Assembly: GCF_009914755.1 (NCBI RefSeq)
Contig: NC_060939.1
Direction: 5' to 3' (one strand)
Source: the human T2T-CHM13v2.0 reference genome, Homo sapiens
Length of the DNA: 64,000 nt
The position numbers and the translations under genes are program-made. This document shows positions 47,300 through 60,971 of the stretch, piece by piece. Each line of letters opens with the position of its first letter. Positions within the stretch are counted from its first letter, which is position 1. A model generated the notes under the pieces. That model was not told the DNA's origin. It was given only the letters and a program-made list of their open reading frames with translations, and did not search any database.

Positions 47300-47884
47300 C
47301 TAAGAGAAGAGAGATTTCGATACTCACCAATCTCTAACTATGGGCTCCTTCCCCGGCTCCCACACCCCACTCCCCTTCCCCAACCCAGGTGGGGAGTGGG
47401 AAAAGTTCTGCCCATTGATAATAGGGACAGACTCCTAGCCATACAGTCAGGTGGGTGAATATGCAGTTGGGAGACACAAGGAACGGCCAGAAACGCGGTA
47501 GGGAAAGAGAGCAGAGCTGCATGGATATGCCAGAGGAAGAACTGTAGGCAAGAGGAGGTTTGAGTAATGGAAGAAAAAGGCGAGAGGCATGCCTGATGGT
47601 GATGGTTCTCAGGAAGGGATAATTGAGGGAGAAAATCACAGAAACATGGGAAGATAAATGCATAGCAGCCATAATCACAGCAGGAACAGTTTAGGTGGGA
47701 TAGCTAATCTAAGCACAGCCAGATTATATGGGGACATCAGGGGGAAAGTGGTGTCTCCTCTAGAGTTCTCTCAGTCCTCAGATGAAGAAGGGCCATTCAC
47801 CTTGTCGGGAGATTGGAAGATGGGCCAGGAATTCTCTGATGGACCCTGCTCCCCACCCTCACCCCCAGGAATACCAGAACTCAC

Positions 47885-47919
47885 ACTCCAGGACCCCTCC
47901 ATGCCCAGCTGGTGGTGTC
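47885..47919 (-). CDS. LPCAT4: LPCAT4 exon 7
   Basis: DTTSWAWRGPGV, 35 nt, phases fit. Confidence 0.9.
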
Positions 47920-48123
47920 CTATGGGAGAAACACAGGTGAGGGCATAAGAGCATTACTTTTTCCCCCTGGAACTGGCCAATCACCTTTGAACAGAGGGCC
48001 TGATCCCACCTCTGGTCACAGCCCCCAATGCACATCCCATTAAAGCACCAACAGTTTTCACTTATTTCCATTTGGGGTGGATTTGTGCTCCCCCTTTCCA
48101 CTCTTTCTTGGACTAAGACTCAC

Positions 48124-48182
48124 CAGACTGTTGGGGTAGCGGATGAGGACAGGCTGCACAGGCACCCCTGCGATGAAGGCTC
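48124..48182 (-). CDS. LPCAT4: LPCAT4 exon 6
   Basis: GAFIAGVPVQPVLIRYPNSL (acyltransferase motif IV), 59 nt. Confidence 0.93.
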
Positions 48183-48475
48183 CTAAATCCCATTTCCACC
48201 CCCACCCCCACAAGGCAGAGGTTAGTACACAGAAGTAGCTAGAGGGCATGAGGTATGGCAGTCTGGGACAGTTCTCAAATGAGATATGGTTTTGTTCCAC
48301 TCATTGATAATTTTCTCTCTGACTCCTCGACTTGACAGCATTAGCTAGGAGGTTCCTGGTCTCCCTTCCTCTCCCATCCCTCCCCCTCTTCTACTTCTTG
48401 GGTTATTTCAGAGTCCCTCCCCAAATCTGGAACTTCTTTTTCCTACAGCCCACCACCCACTATCATTTTATTCAC

Positions 48476-48536
48476 CTGGTTTGAACTTAAGCAAAGCCTT
48501 CTTGTTGGAACAGGTGCCCTCAGGAAAGAATAGCAC
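48476..48536 (-). CDS. LPCAT4: LPCAT4 exon 5
   Basis: VLFFPEGTCSNKKALLKFKP (FPEGT, motif III), 61 nt. Confidence 0.95.
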
Positions 48537-48656
48537 CTGGGGTAAAAAAGAGCAGAATGAGGTGAAGAAGACTGAAGAAGGCTGTGGAGAGAGGAAAGGG
48601 AAGCCTCTTCAGGAGCACATGGAAAGTGAGAAGATGGTCTTGAGACCCTTACCCAC

Positions 48657-49335
<679 letters not shown>

Positions 49336-49477
49336 TGACTAATGGTGTTAATTTATATTTCACTTGCCAACAGTCCCTCCCCACTTTGAGGCCAGTTCTT
49401 CACTCCAGTGTCTCCATTCCTGACTTTTTTTGCCCAGAGTTGTCACCCTGCCCTTCACCCCCTTTGAACTCTCTCAC

Positions 49478-49698
49478 CTCCAATGACAGGAACGGAAAGG
49501 TTCTCAGCTCGGGACACAACTTTGGGCAGGTCACAGGGCAGCAGAACAATGGGGTCAAAGAAAGTGGAGTGTGGGGCAGCAACAAGGACAGGGGCTTGAA
49601 GGCGAGAGGCTCGCTGGCCACGAACGCGAATCCGGAGGAAGCCCAGCAGGAAAAACAGCAGGCGGCTCAGGCCTAGCACCCCGTTGTGGCACACAGTC
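49478..49698 (-). CDS. LPCAT4: LPCAT4 exon 3
   Basis: Contains the catalytic HxxxxD motif (APHSTFFD), 221 nt. Confidence 0.96.
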
Positions 49699-50028
49699 CT
49701 GCCAGGGCAAGGCTGGGTATCAGCGGAAGCAGTGGTTCTAACCCTCACCCGCCCCCAGGTTCAGACACCGGGAAAGTAGGGCACCCCTCTTTTACCCTTA
49801 AATAGGATGTGACCAAGGGGCCAAGGTCTCTGGCCACTTTGGGACCTATCAGGGCACGTTACTTAGAGGTGAGGTCTGGGAACCACGTCTGAGCTTGGCT
49901 GACTCATCTCATCTACCCAAGCTAGACAGAATAGTTTCAGAATGCTCTCTTTTCTTCTTCTCAAAGAGGGAGCCGAATAGACAGCAGGGAAGAGAAGTAG
50001 GGTCTCTGGGGGCTGATCCCTCACTTAC

Positions 50029-50171
50029 TTCCTCCATCCTGTAATTGGCTCCTGAAGCTGCTCCTCACTAAGACCGGCCACTTGAAGCCAGGCAAAGGGC
50101 CAGAGGAGAAAGAGGACGATAAAGGCCAGAAGCACTCGGATGGGGGCCAGCAATGCCCCCAGGAGGCAGAA
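50029..50171 (-). CDS. LPCAT4: LPCAT4 exon 2
   Basis: FCLLGALLAPIRVLLAFIVLFLLWPFAWLQV... (hydrophobic segment), 143 nt. Confidence 0.95.
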
Positions 50172-51049
50172 CTGCAAAGGGTGGGAGAGAATGCCACTTT
50201 AGAGCTTGGATATGCTCCCTCCACAGCATCCTTCTTCCACAAAGCATAGACCCAGGAGCAGACAGCCATCATCCCTTGCATGTGACAGGTGGTGTGGGAA
50301 CAGGAGAGGGGACTGGGACCCAAGGTGGGATGAAGATACCAATGAGGGCAAGAGGATAAAAGATTAATGGCATCAAGGGCCTTATTTTCCTGTCTTTCAG
50401 TTGGTCCCTACCCCATTTATAAAACCGAAAGCCATAAAAAGCATCTAGCACTTAGAGGATTTAATAAGAATGCATGCGAAAGTGCAGGGCGCTGTGCTTG
50501 ATGTACAGTAGGTTAGAGACAGGTCCTCCTCCCCCACATCTTATTCCATAAATAGCTCCTATGCCCAACAGAAACCAGGTGCACAGATCTTTCCACTTTG
50601 GGCCTAGGAGGCAGAGGGCTGTAAACAGCCAGAGGTCCAGTTTTCAGACCCGAGGTCATTTTCTGACACTGCTCAACAGCAATCTTATAGTACCGGGGGA
50701 TATGGGAGACAAGAGCTCGGCCCCACTCTGCAAGGGAGAGAGGCTGCCAGGAGCCAGGATGACTCCATAGGCTGCCTTGGGGAAGAAGCAGGTAAGCAAA
50801 CCTAGCCCCTGGAGCCTGCCTCCGGGGAGGTGATGACAGCAGAAACCTTGGACACTCCCTCCCCACACCACCTCCCAGCTCCCCTAGGCTGGCGCGGCCC
50901 TCCACTTCCTGTAGCCAACCTCCCTCTCAGCCTCCCTGCCCCCACCGGGAGGTGCTGCAGTGCGGGGTGGAGGGGGGTTGGAGGGAGTGGGAAGAGGGAG
51001 TGTAGGAAGGGCACAGGGTCGCAGGCTCCCGGCCCAGAAACGTCTTCCC

Positions 51050-52330
51050 TCTAAGTCATGCCTCGGAGGAATACTCGGCACGCCCCCGCCCCCGCCCCCA
51101 CCCCCGGCTTCCCGTAGACTCTAACTCCATCCTAGCCATCAGGCTCTGCAGAATGTAATCCGCATTCCCCAGCGTCCTTCATCTCTCCAACCCCAGGGTC
51201 CCCTGCAGCCCTCCATCCCCACCTACTCAGTTTTTCCACATCTTCGAGCTTGTCTATCGCCCAAGCCCGCAGCGTCCTCTCCAGGACTCCTTGCCCAACC
51301 GCGGCCGCCCCCACGTGCGCACCCCCGGACTCCCGCTCCGCAAGCCTCTCAGCCATCTCCTTCTCGTGGATCCCCAAGCCCACCTTTGCCAGGGCTCAAA
51401 TGGCCCCATTTTCCTATCCTCACGGGTCCTTCCGACGCCCGCTCCCCACACATTACCTTAACCCTCTGGAGGCGAGAGAGATGTAACTCATGCACGAAGG
51501 GGTTGGGGGATGCTGGGGGTCCGGGGGTGGGATCTAGGGGGGCCCAGTCCCCCGGACTTCCCTGGCTCATGGCGGGAGAAGGTGGGAGGGAGGGCACCCC
51601 GGCCCTGGCCCCGGCCACCACTCTGCAGAGCAGCTGCTGCTGCAGCAGCGGCGGCGGCGGCGCTCTGGCCCGGGCCCCGCCCGGTGCAGGCGGCCGAGGG
51701 GCGGGGAGCAGGCGGCGCAGCCCAGCCCGCCCGCGTTGTCAGGGCGCCGGCCGAGGGGCGGGGCTTCCAGCGCCCTGGCGCCCCTCCTCCTCCGCGCCCG
51801 CCGCGGCGCCCGCAGCCGCTCGGGCCATTGTTCCGCGGCTGCCAGGGCTGGAGCGGGCTGCGCCTGGGCTTCTGCGCCTCCGTCGTTCCTCTCTGAAGAC
51901 CTGGCCTCCGCCTCGGAGTGGGAGTGGGTCTGGGAGCTGAGCGCAGAGCTCAGAGCGCCCTCTGTCCCCGCCCGGGCGTCGAGGTCACCCAGCAAGCGCA
52001 GATCGGGGTGAGGCTCTTGGGTTGGTAGGCAGGGAGGGACAGGTGGGCCGGATGCAGAGGCCGGCAGCTCGCGGGTGAGGCGGCGCCCCGCTCTTCCTAT
52101 GGGCTCCTTGGCCCGGTCCGCGCCTCCTCGCAGGCGGACCACCTTTCCTTCCCGGTCCGTGGGGCGCCATCGCGCGGGGACTTGAGGCACTTGCGTCCTC
52201 TGGCGGCTGCATGGCGCCCCGCAACTCTCCACCTCCGCGTCCTGCCTGTGCTAGGCAGGGCCGCCTTTACTGGTGTGAGGGTTGCTTGAACCCTTGAGGC
52301 GCCAGGAATCCCTAGTACACTGACGCATGT
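51050..52330. promoter_or_regulatory. LPCAT4: CpG island / LPCAT4 promoter
   Basis: Very GC- and CpG-rich, repeated ggccgaggggcgggg GC boxes, short (GGC)n/(CAG)n tract in the 5' leader. Confidence 0.88.
51457..51570 (-). CDS. LPCAT4: LPCAT4 exon 1
   Basis: cccgccATG Kozak context; MSQGSPGDWAPLDPTPGPPASPNPFVHELHLSRLQRVK, 114 nt, GTAATG donor. Confidence 0.95.
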
Positions 52331-52854
52331 GCTTCCCATGAGCCCGACAAGGTCTGGCAGGGGAGAGGCAGTGGTTCCTGATCTCTGTCACTCTCTGGGT
52401 GAACGCAGAGGACACAGTAGTAATTCCCCTCACCCACAAGCTCCAAGCTACCCTAGAAAACAAATTGTTTAGCCTCAGGCCATCGTTTGAGATCAGGGAC
52501 CAGGGAATTAAGTGGACTCTGAGATCCATTGCCATGACAAAAGGGGTAAGAGTCTCATTGCTTGAGGAAAGAATACGCCTTAAGTTCACTTTATGTCTTC
52601 TGCCCATTGCATGGCAGTTAGGGGAGCTGAAGGAAGAAAGTGAAAGAAAAAGAGACCTCTCATAACCAAGAGTGTTTGCCGCCATTGGCTTCTCCTTTAA
52701 ACCAAACTCCAAATTAATCTGCTCCAGGAAATTTTCTGAGCCCAGGCTGAGAGGGTTGAAGGCTCATGCATCCTACTGAGACCAAGGAGCTGCACTGGGA
52801 TGTTTTTGTATATAACACAGAGGTCCCAACACAAATACATCATTTCCACATTTT

Positions 52855-54660
<1,806 letters not shown>

Positions 54661-55189
54661 TTCAGAATGAAAATTTTTGGTGCTCTTCAAGAGCAATAAA
54701 TACTATGAAAACCCAACTACAGGGGTAGAGTTTTGATAATCAAATATTTGCCGGTGTCAGTCATCCAGGATGAACTAAGAAGTTCATTTCTATGAATGAG
54801 TCATGAAAGCATCCACATTTCCCCTTTTTCTAGCCCCTCACCAAACTATTATGATGGCCTTTCTGCAGGCAGTCTGAGAAGGGGCAACCCAGTTGTAAAG
54901 AATAACGTTGAGAAATTGATCATCTCTGGTAGCATCTGTCACTCCCTTGAAAATATCCACCAGGCTAGACAGGTTTCTCCTCCACCTGACCCCTGTATCT
55001 GTATCAGTCACCATTACCTGGGAGTACTGGAGACAATGACATATCAATGGAATTCTGGATTATTGGATACCATTAATCTTCTGTTGGAAGGGGGAACCAG
55101 ACAGAAGCCAGAAGTTACTTCTGTCTAGACTCCCTCCCAACCTCCCATGTTTTATAGCCTCAAAGAAGGCAGTCAGCATTCTCAGCATT

Positions 55190-55765
55190 CTTTTCTTCTT
55201 TTTCTTCTTCTCTTCCTCCTTCACCTCCTCCTCCCCTTCTTCCTCCTCCTTTCCCTTCTCCTCCTCCCCTTCCCCCTCCCTCTTCTTCCTTCTTCCTTCT
55301 TTCTTCTCCTCCTCCTCTTCATCCCCTCCCTCCTCCTTTCCCCCTCCTCCTTTTCCTCCTCTTCTCCTCATCCTCCCTCTCCTCCCCTCCTCTCCTTCCT
55401 CACTTCCCTTCTCCTCCTCCCCCTCCCCCTCCCTCCTCTTCTTCCTTCTTCCGTCTTTTCTTCTTCTCCTCCTCCTCCTCTCCATCCCCTCTCTCCTTTC
55501 TCTCCTCCTCCTTTTCCTCCTCTTCTCCTCCTCATCCTCCCTCTCCTCCCCTCCTCCTCTTCCTCCTCCTCATCCTCCCTCTCCTCCCCTCCTCCCCTCC
55601 TCCTCTTCCTCTTCTCCCCTTCCCTTCCTCCTCCTTCTCTTCCCCCACTTCCTACCTCTCCTACTCCTCTTCCCCCATCTCCTCTTCCTTCTCCTTCTCC
55701 CCCTCTCCTCCCCCTCCCATCTCCTTCTCCTCCCCCCACCTCCTTCTCCTCCTCCTTCTTCTTTT
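55190..55765. repeat. Polypyrimidine/polypurine low-complexity tract
   Basis: About 575 nt almost entirely C/T on the plus strand, with internal higher-order repetition. Confidence 0.97.
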
Positions 55766-56058
55766 AAATAGAGGCAGGGTCTTGCTTTGTTCGTCTTAAA
55801 CTCCTGGGCTCAAGCAATCATTCTGCCTCAGCCTCCCAAAGTGCTGGGATTACAGGTGTGAGCCACTACTGGTGGCCCGTCCTTTTTAAATTTTTAATTT
55901 TATTAATCTTATTTTCATTTCTTTTTAATAGAGATAGGGTCTCACTATGTTGACCAGACTGGTCTGGAACTCCTGGTCTCAAGCAGTCCTTCTGCCTCAG
56001 CCTCCCAAAGTGCTAGGATTACAGGTGTGAGCCACCACACTAGGACAAGATTTATTTC

Positions 56059-56525
56059 TGTTATGAACTGAATGTTTGTGTCTCTCTTCCCCCAGTTCAT
56101 ATGTTGAAGCCCTAGACCCCAATGTGATGGCTATTTGAAGGTGGAGTCTTTGGGAGATAATTGGGTCTAGATTAGATCATGAGGGTAGGACCCTTATGAT
56201 GGGATTAGTGCCCTTAAAAGAAGAGAGAGAGGGAGAGGGAGAGAGGGAGAGAGGGAGGGAGGGAGAGAGAGAGAGAGAGAGAGAGAGAAAGAAAGAAAGA
56301 AAGAGATCTTTCTTTCCATGAGTACATATGGAGGAAACGACATGTGAGCACACAGTGAGAAGACAGCTGTCTACATATCAGAAAGTTGGCTCTCACCAGA
56401 CAACGAATCTGCAGGCATCTTGATCTTGGACTTCCCAGCCCCTAGAACTGTGATAAATAAATTTCTGTTGTTTAAGCCACCCAGTTGATGGCATCTTATT
56501 ACAGCAGCCTGAGAAGATTAAGACA
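56059..56525 (+). mobile_element. MaLR solo LTR (MLT1A-like) with internal GA-rich repeat
   Basis: TG...CA termini (tgttatgaactgaatgtttgtgtc...taagaca), internal AATAAA, and 5-bp TSD ATTTC on both sides. Confidence 0.85.
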
Positions 56526-56715
56526 ATTTCTTAAAGGTTCTTAGAGACGATTCCATAGCTTTCTTTTATCTCTTATTTAAAGGAGGGCAGGTTTCTGTAC
56601 ATCTTGTGTTTTCCAAGATAGTTCCAATAATTTTATAATTTCATTTTTTTTCAATTAAGGCAATTCATACATGCATAGTTACACATAATTTTACTTTTAT
56701 GACTTTAATATTGTA

Positions 56716-59182
56716 TTTTTTTTAATGTGCACTTTTATTGAACTGGTCTCAAGTCAGTGTACAGGTAACCCCTTGCTACTTTCACACCTCCATCCAATCC
56801 CAGGGAGACCAAAAGCCTTCATACACCTCAAGTTTAGGGACAAAAAGTGTGGCCACAATGGCTCATTCAAAATAAAACAAAATAGGCCAGACGCAGTGGC
56901 TCATGCCTGTAATCCCAGCACTTTGGGAGGCCAAGGCAGGCTGATCACTTGAGCTCAGGAATTTGAGACCAGCATAGGCAATATGGTGAAAACCCATCTT
57001 TACCAAAAATACAAAAAACTAGCCAAGCAGGGTGGTGCACTTCTGTGGTCTCAGCTACTCGGGAGGCTAAGGTGGGAGGATTACTTGAGCTGGGGAGCTG
57101 GAGGTTGCAGTGAGCTGAGATCGCCTCACTGCATTCCAGCCTGGGTGACAGAGTGAGACCCTGTCTCAAAAAAGAGTAAAAACAAAACAAAAACAAAATA
57201 CAAAGTTATTAAGGCTAAGATTTAAAACATTTTGCATTACGTAATTTGCATGAAAGCAATGCTATCACCTCCCCTGTGTGGACTTAGGAGAGGACTGGGC
57301 CATTTTCCTTAGATAGAAGTGGAGTGGCTTTTGGGAGGGCAAAGGAACTTCCTGTAACAATACATTTCATGATATTTGCAATGACTATTAAAAAAAAAAG
57401 AACAGGCCTGGCGTCGTGGCTCATGCCTGTAATCCTAGCATTTTGTAAGGCTGAGGCAGACACATCACCTGAGCCCAGGAGTTTCAGACCAGCCTGGGCA
57501 ACATAGTGAGACCCCTTTTCTACAAAAGATAGAAAAATTAGCAAGGCACGGTGGTGTGCACTGTAGTCCCAGTTATTTGGGAAGCTGAGGTGGGAGGATC
57601 ACCTGAGCCCTGGAGGTTGAGGTTGCAGCGAGCTGTGATTGGGCCACTGCACTACAGCCTTGGTGACAGAGTGAGACCCTCAGAGTGAGGCCCTGTCTCA
57701 AAATAAATAAATAAAATAAAAATTAAAAATAACTATGTACAATCCAAGTTCTTGGCCACATTGTAGAACTTTGGGGGATGCTCATTCCAACAGACTGTTG
57801 TCACTTTCACTGTTCCAGTTTGTAAATCCTGAATCATCAAGCCAAAAAAAAAAAAACCAAAAAAAAAAGAAACCCCAAACCAAAACAGAACCCGAAACCA
57901 ATCAAACAAACAAACACTCCCCAAAAAACAAATAAAGCCATGCCAATCTCATCTTGTTTTCTATGCAAGTTAGGTTTTTGTTAAGAAAGGGTATAACACA
58001 ACTAAGTAACAGTCTGCTTAGAAGCATTTGCAGTAGAAGATGGGGGCGAGAGAAGTGGGACTCGTATTCCTGCCTGCTGATCCACATCTGCTGGAAGGTG
58101 GACAGCGAGGCCAGGATGGAGCCAATGATACACATGGAGTATTTGCACTCAGCAGGAGCAATAATCTTGATCTTCATCATGCTGGGAGCCAGGGCAGTGA
58201 TCTCCTTTTGCATCCTGTTGGGCGATGCCAGGGTACATGGTGGTGCCGCTGGACAGCACTGCATTGGCGTACAGGCCTTTATGGATGTCCACGTCACACT
58301 TCATGATGGAGTTGAAGGTAGTTTCATGGATGTCACGGGTTCCATGCCCAGGAAGGAAGGCTGGAGGAGAGGCCAGGGCAGTGGAACTACTTGTTGCAGA
58401 TGGCGATGACCTGGCTCTGGAGCAGCTTGTAGCTCTTCTCCAGGGAGAAGCTGGAGGACATGGTGGCCATCTCCTACTTGAAGTCCAGGGCAATGTAGCG
58501 CAGCTTCTTCTTGATGTCACGCATGATTTCCTGCTGGGCCGTGGTGGTGAAGCTGTAGCCACGCTCGGTGAGGATCTTCGTGAAGTAGTCAGTCAGGTCC
58601 CAGCCAGCCAGGTCCAGACATAGGATGGCACTGGGGAGGGTGTACCCCTTGTAGTTTGGTAGTGTGGGTGACCCCATCACTGGAGTCCATCGCAATGCCA
58701 GTGGTACAACCAGAGGCATACAGCAACAGCACAGCATGGATGGCACATATATGGCAGGGGTGTTGAAGGTCTCAAACATGATCTGGGTCATCTTCTCGCA
58801 GTTGGCCTTGGGGTTCAGAAGAGCCTCAGTCAGCAGCATGGGATGTTCCTCAGGAGCCATGTGCAGCTTGTTGTAGAAGGTGTGGTTCCAGATCTCCATG
58901 TCGTCCTAGTTGGTGATGATGCTGTGCTGGATGTGGTATTTCAGGATCAGGATGCCTTTCTTGCTCTGGGCCTTGTCACCCACATAAGAGTCCTTCTGAG
59001 CCATGCCTGCTGTCATGTACTGGTTCCGTGGGCACCCCGTGATGGAAGGCAAGATACCCTGGGGGGCATTGTCACTGCAAGTGTGAAGATATCATCATTC
59101 ATGGGGAGCTGGCACCAAGTTTGGACTGGTGGAGGAGTGTCGAGCGTGAGGGTCTGTGCTTGGGGCAGATACAGTCTTGGTC
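56716..59182 (-). pseudogene. Full-length processed beta-actin (ACTB-derived) pseudogene with two later Alu insertions in its 3' UTR (~56885-57197, ~57405-57733)
   Basis: Intronless, frameshifted actin CDS remnant at 58018-59102 ([43 protein letters not shown]). ACTB-type 5' and 3' UTRs, AATAAAAGTGCACA plus an A tail, and a probable TSD taatatt(g/t)ta. Confidence 0.95.
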
Positions 59183-59397
59183 TAATATTTTAACATAAAT
59201 TAACCATATCAGAAAGAGTTATTAAACTTAGGACTCAAACCTATGGAGTAATAATTTAATACTATAATTAAATTAAACACAATCACATACACCTAACCCT
59301 CAACGATATACAGAGAAAGTTTTGATACTAATTTTCAATTCTTTATCTCTATGAAGCTGATGAAAAATTCTTAGGCAGTGTGCCTGGTGTGGGATTT

Positions 59398-60037
59398 TGT
59401 AAACCAAAAATAATATTCTAGGCTTCCCAATCAACTGAATAGACCTATCCTCTCAGCCAAGGGCATTCCAAAATTAACCTGAAAAACTAGTTCAGACCAT
59501 GATGAGATGCAGGAGATGGGGCATGACTTATTTACACTCTCCTGTCTTTGGAATGCAGGCATGGGTGACCAGCATTAACATTAAAATAGAGATCTTAAGA
59601 ATAAAACAGACTTCCTGTAGCAATAAGACACCAAATTCCAGCCTGACTAAAATAAATCGAATATATATATATATACATATATGTAAAACACTTTGATTTC
59701 TTACATATATATTATTATTATATATATTTTGTTATTTTTTTGAGATGAAGTCTCACTCTGTTGCCAGTTCGGAGTGCAGTGGTGCGATCTCAGCTCACTG
59801 CAACCTCTGACTCCATGGTTCAAGCTATTTTCCTGCCTCAGCCGACCAAGTAGCTGGGATTACAAGCACACACCACCACGCCCAGCTAATTTTTGTATTT
59901 TTAGTAGAGATGGGGTTTCACCATGTTGGCCAGGATGGCCTTGATCTCCTGACCTCATGATCTGCCCACTTTGGCCTCCCAAAGTACTGGGATTACAGGC
60001 ATAAGCCACCGTGCCCAGCCCCAAAATATATTTCTTT

Positions 60038-60124
<87 letters not shown>

Positions 60125-60540
60125 TTTTTGATACAGAGTCTGTTACCCAGGCTGGAGTGCAGTGATGTGATCTTGGCTCATTGCCACCTCTGCCTCCTGA
60201 GTTCAAGCAATTCTAGTACTTTAGTTTCCCAAGTAGCTGGGATTACAGGCGTGTATCACCATGCCCAACTAATTTTTGTATTTTTAGTAGAGATGAGGTT
60301 TTGCCCTGTTTGCGAGGCTGGTCTTGAACTCCTGGCCTCAAGTGATCCACCCACCTTGGCCTCCCAAAATGCTGGGATTACAGACAAGAGCTACCATGCC
60401 CAGCCTTCTTTGATATATTTTGAAATGGTCCTGCAAAGCTTTCTCTCATTGGGAAAATGTATATTCTATAGAGAATCCTTGATTCTTTCCTGATCCAGGA
60501 AGGAATTAACTGAGTCTGACACCTTTTTGGGTCTGATAAA
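59398..60540 (+). mobile_element. MER4-family LTR interrupted by two antisense Alus (~59735-60019, ~60122-60405), a (TA)n(GT)n microsatellite and the HERV-H provirus
   Basis: Starts tgtaaaccaaaaataatattctagg...ccaagggcattccaaa.ttaacctgaaaaactagttcag, typical of MER4 LTR 5' ends. Confidence 0.75.
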
Positions 60541-60971
60541 TGTCAGGCCTGTGAGCCCAAGCTAAGCCATCATATCCCCAGTGACCTGCATGTATACATC
60601 CAGATGGCCTGAAGCAACTGAAGATCCACAAAAGAAGTGAAAATAGCCTTAACAGATGACATTCCACCATTGTGACTTGTTTCTGCCCCACCCTAACTGA
60701 TCAATGTACTTTGTAATCTCCCCCACCCTTGAGAAAGTTCTTTGTAATTCTACCCACCCTTGAGAATGTACTTTGTGAGATCCACCCCTGCCCGCAAAAC
60801 ATTGCTCCTAACTCCACCGCCTATCCCAAAACCTGTAAGAACTAATGATAATCCACCACCCTTTGCTGACTCCTTTTTCAGACTCAGCCCGCCTGCACCC
60901 AGGTGAAATAAATAGCCTTGTTGCTCACACAAAGCCTGTTTGGTGGTCTCTTCACATGAACATGTGAGACA
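60541..60971 (+). mobile_element. HERV-H 5' LTR (LTR7 family, probably type II / LTR7B-like)
   Basis: TGTCAGGCCT.TGAGCCCAAGCTAAGCCATCATATCCCC start, ~31-bp U3 repeats (ctttgtaa..cccacccttgagaa), AATAAA at 60907-60912, CA end followed by a primer binding site. Confidence 0.92.

Noticed and set aside
51386-52712. Long ORFs (184, 221 and 153 aa) around the LPCAT4 promoter
   Set aside because: GC-composition artefacts rich in Ala/Arg/Gly/Pro, with no splice or homology support.
55060-55767. Glu/Arg/Gly-rich and Leu/Pro/Ser-rich ORFs up to 206 aa
   Set aside because: They are simply translations of the polypyrimidine tract.
57902-59193. Actin-like ORFs as a functional gene
   Set aside because: Multiple frameshifts, an in-frame stop, an N-terminal deletion and no introns indicate a processed pseudogene.
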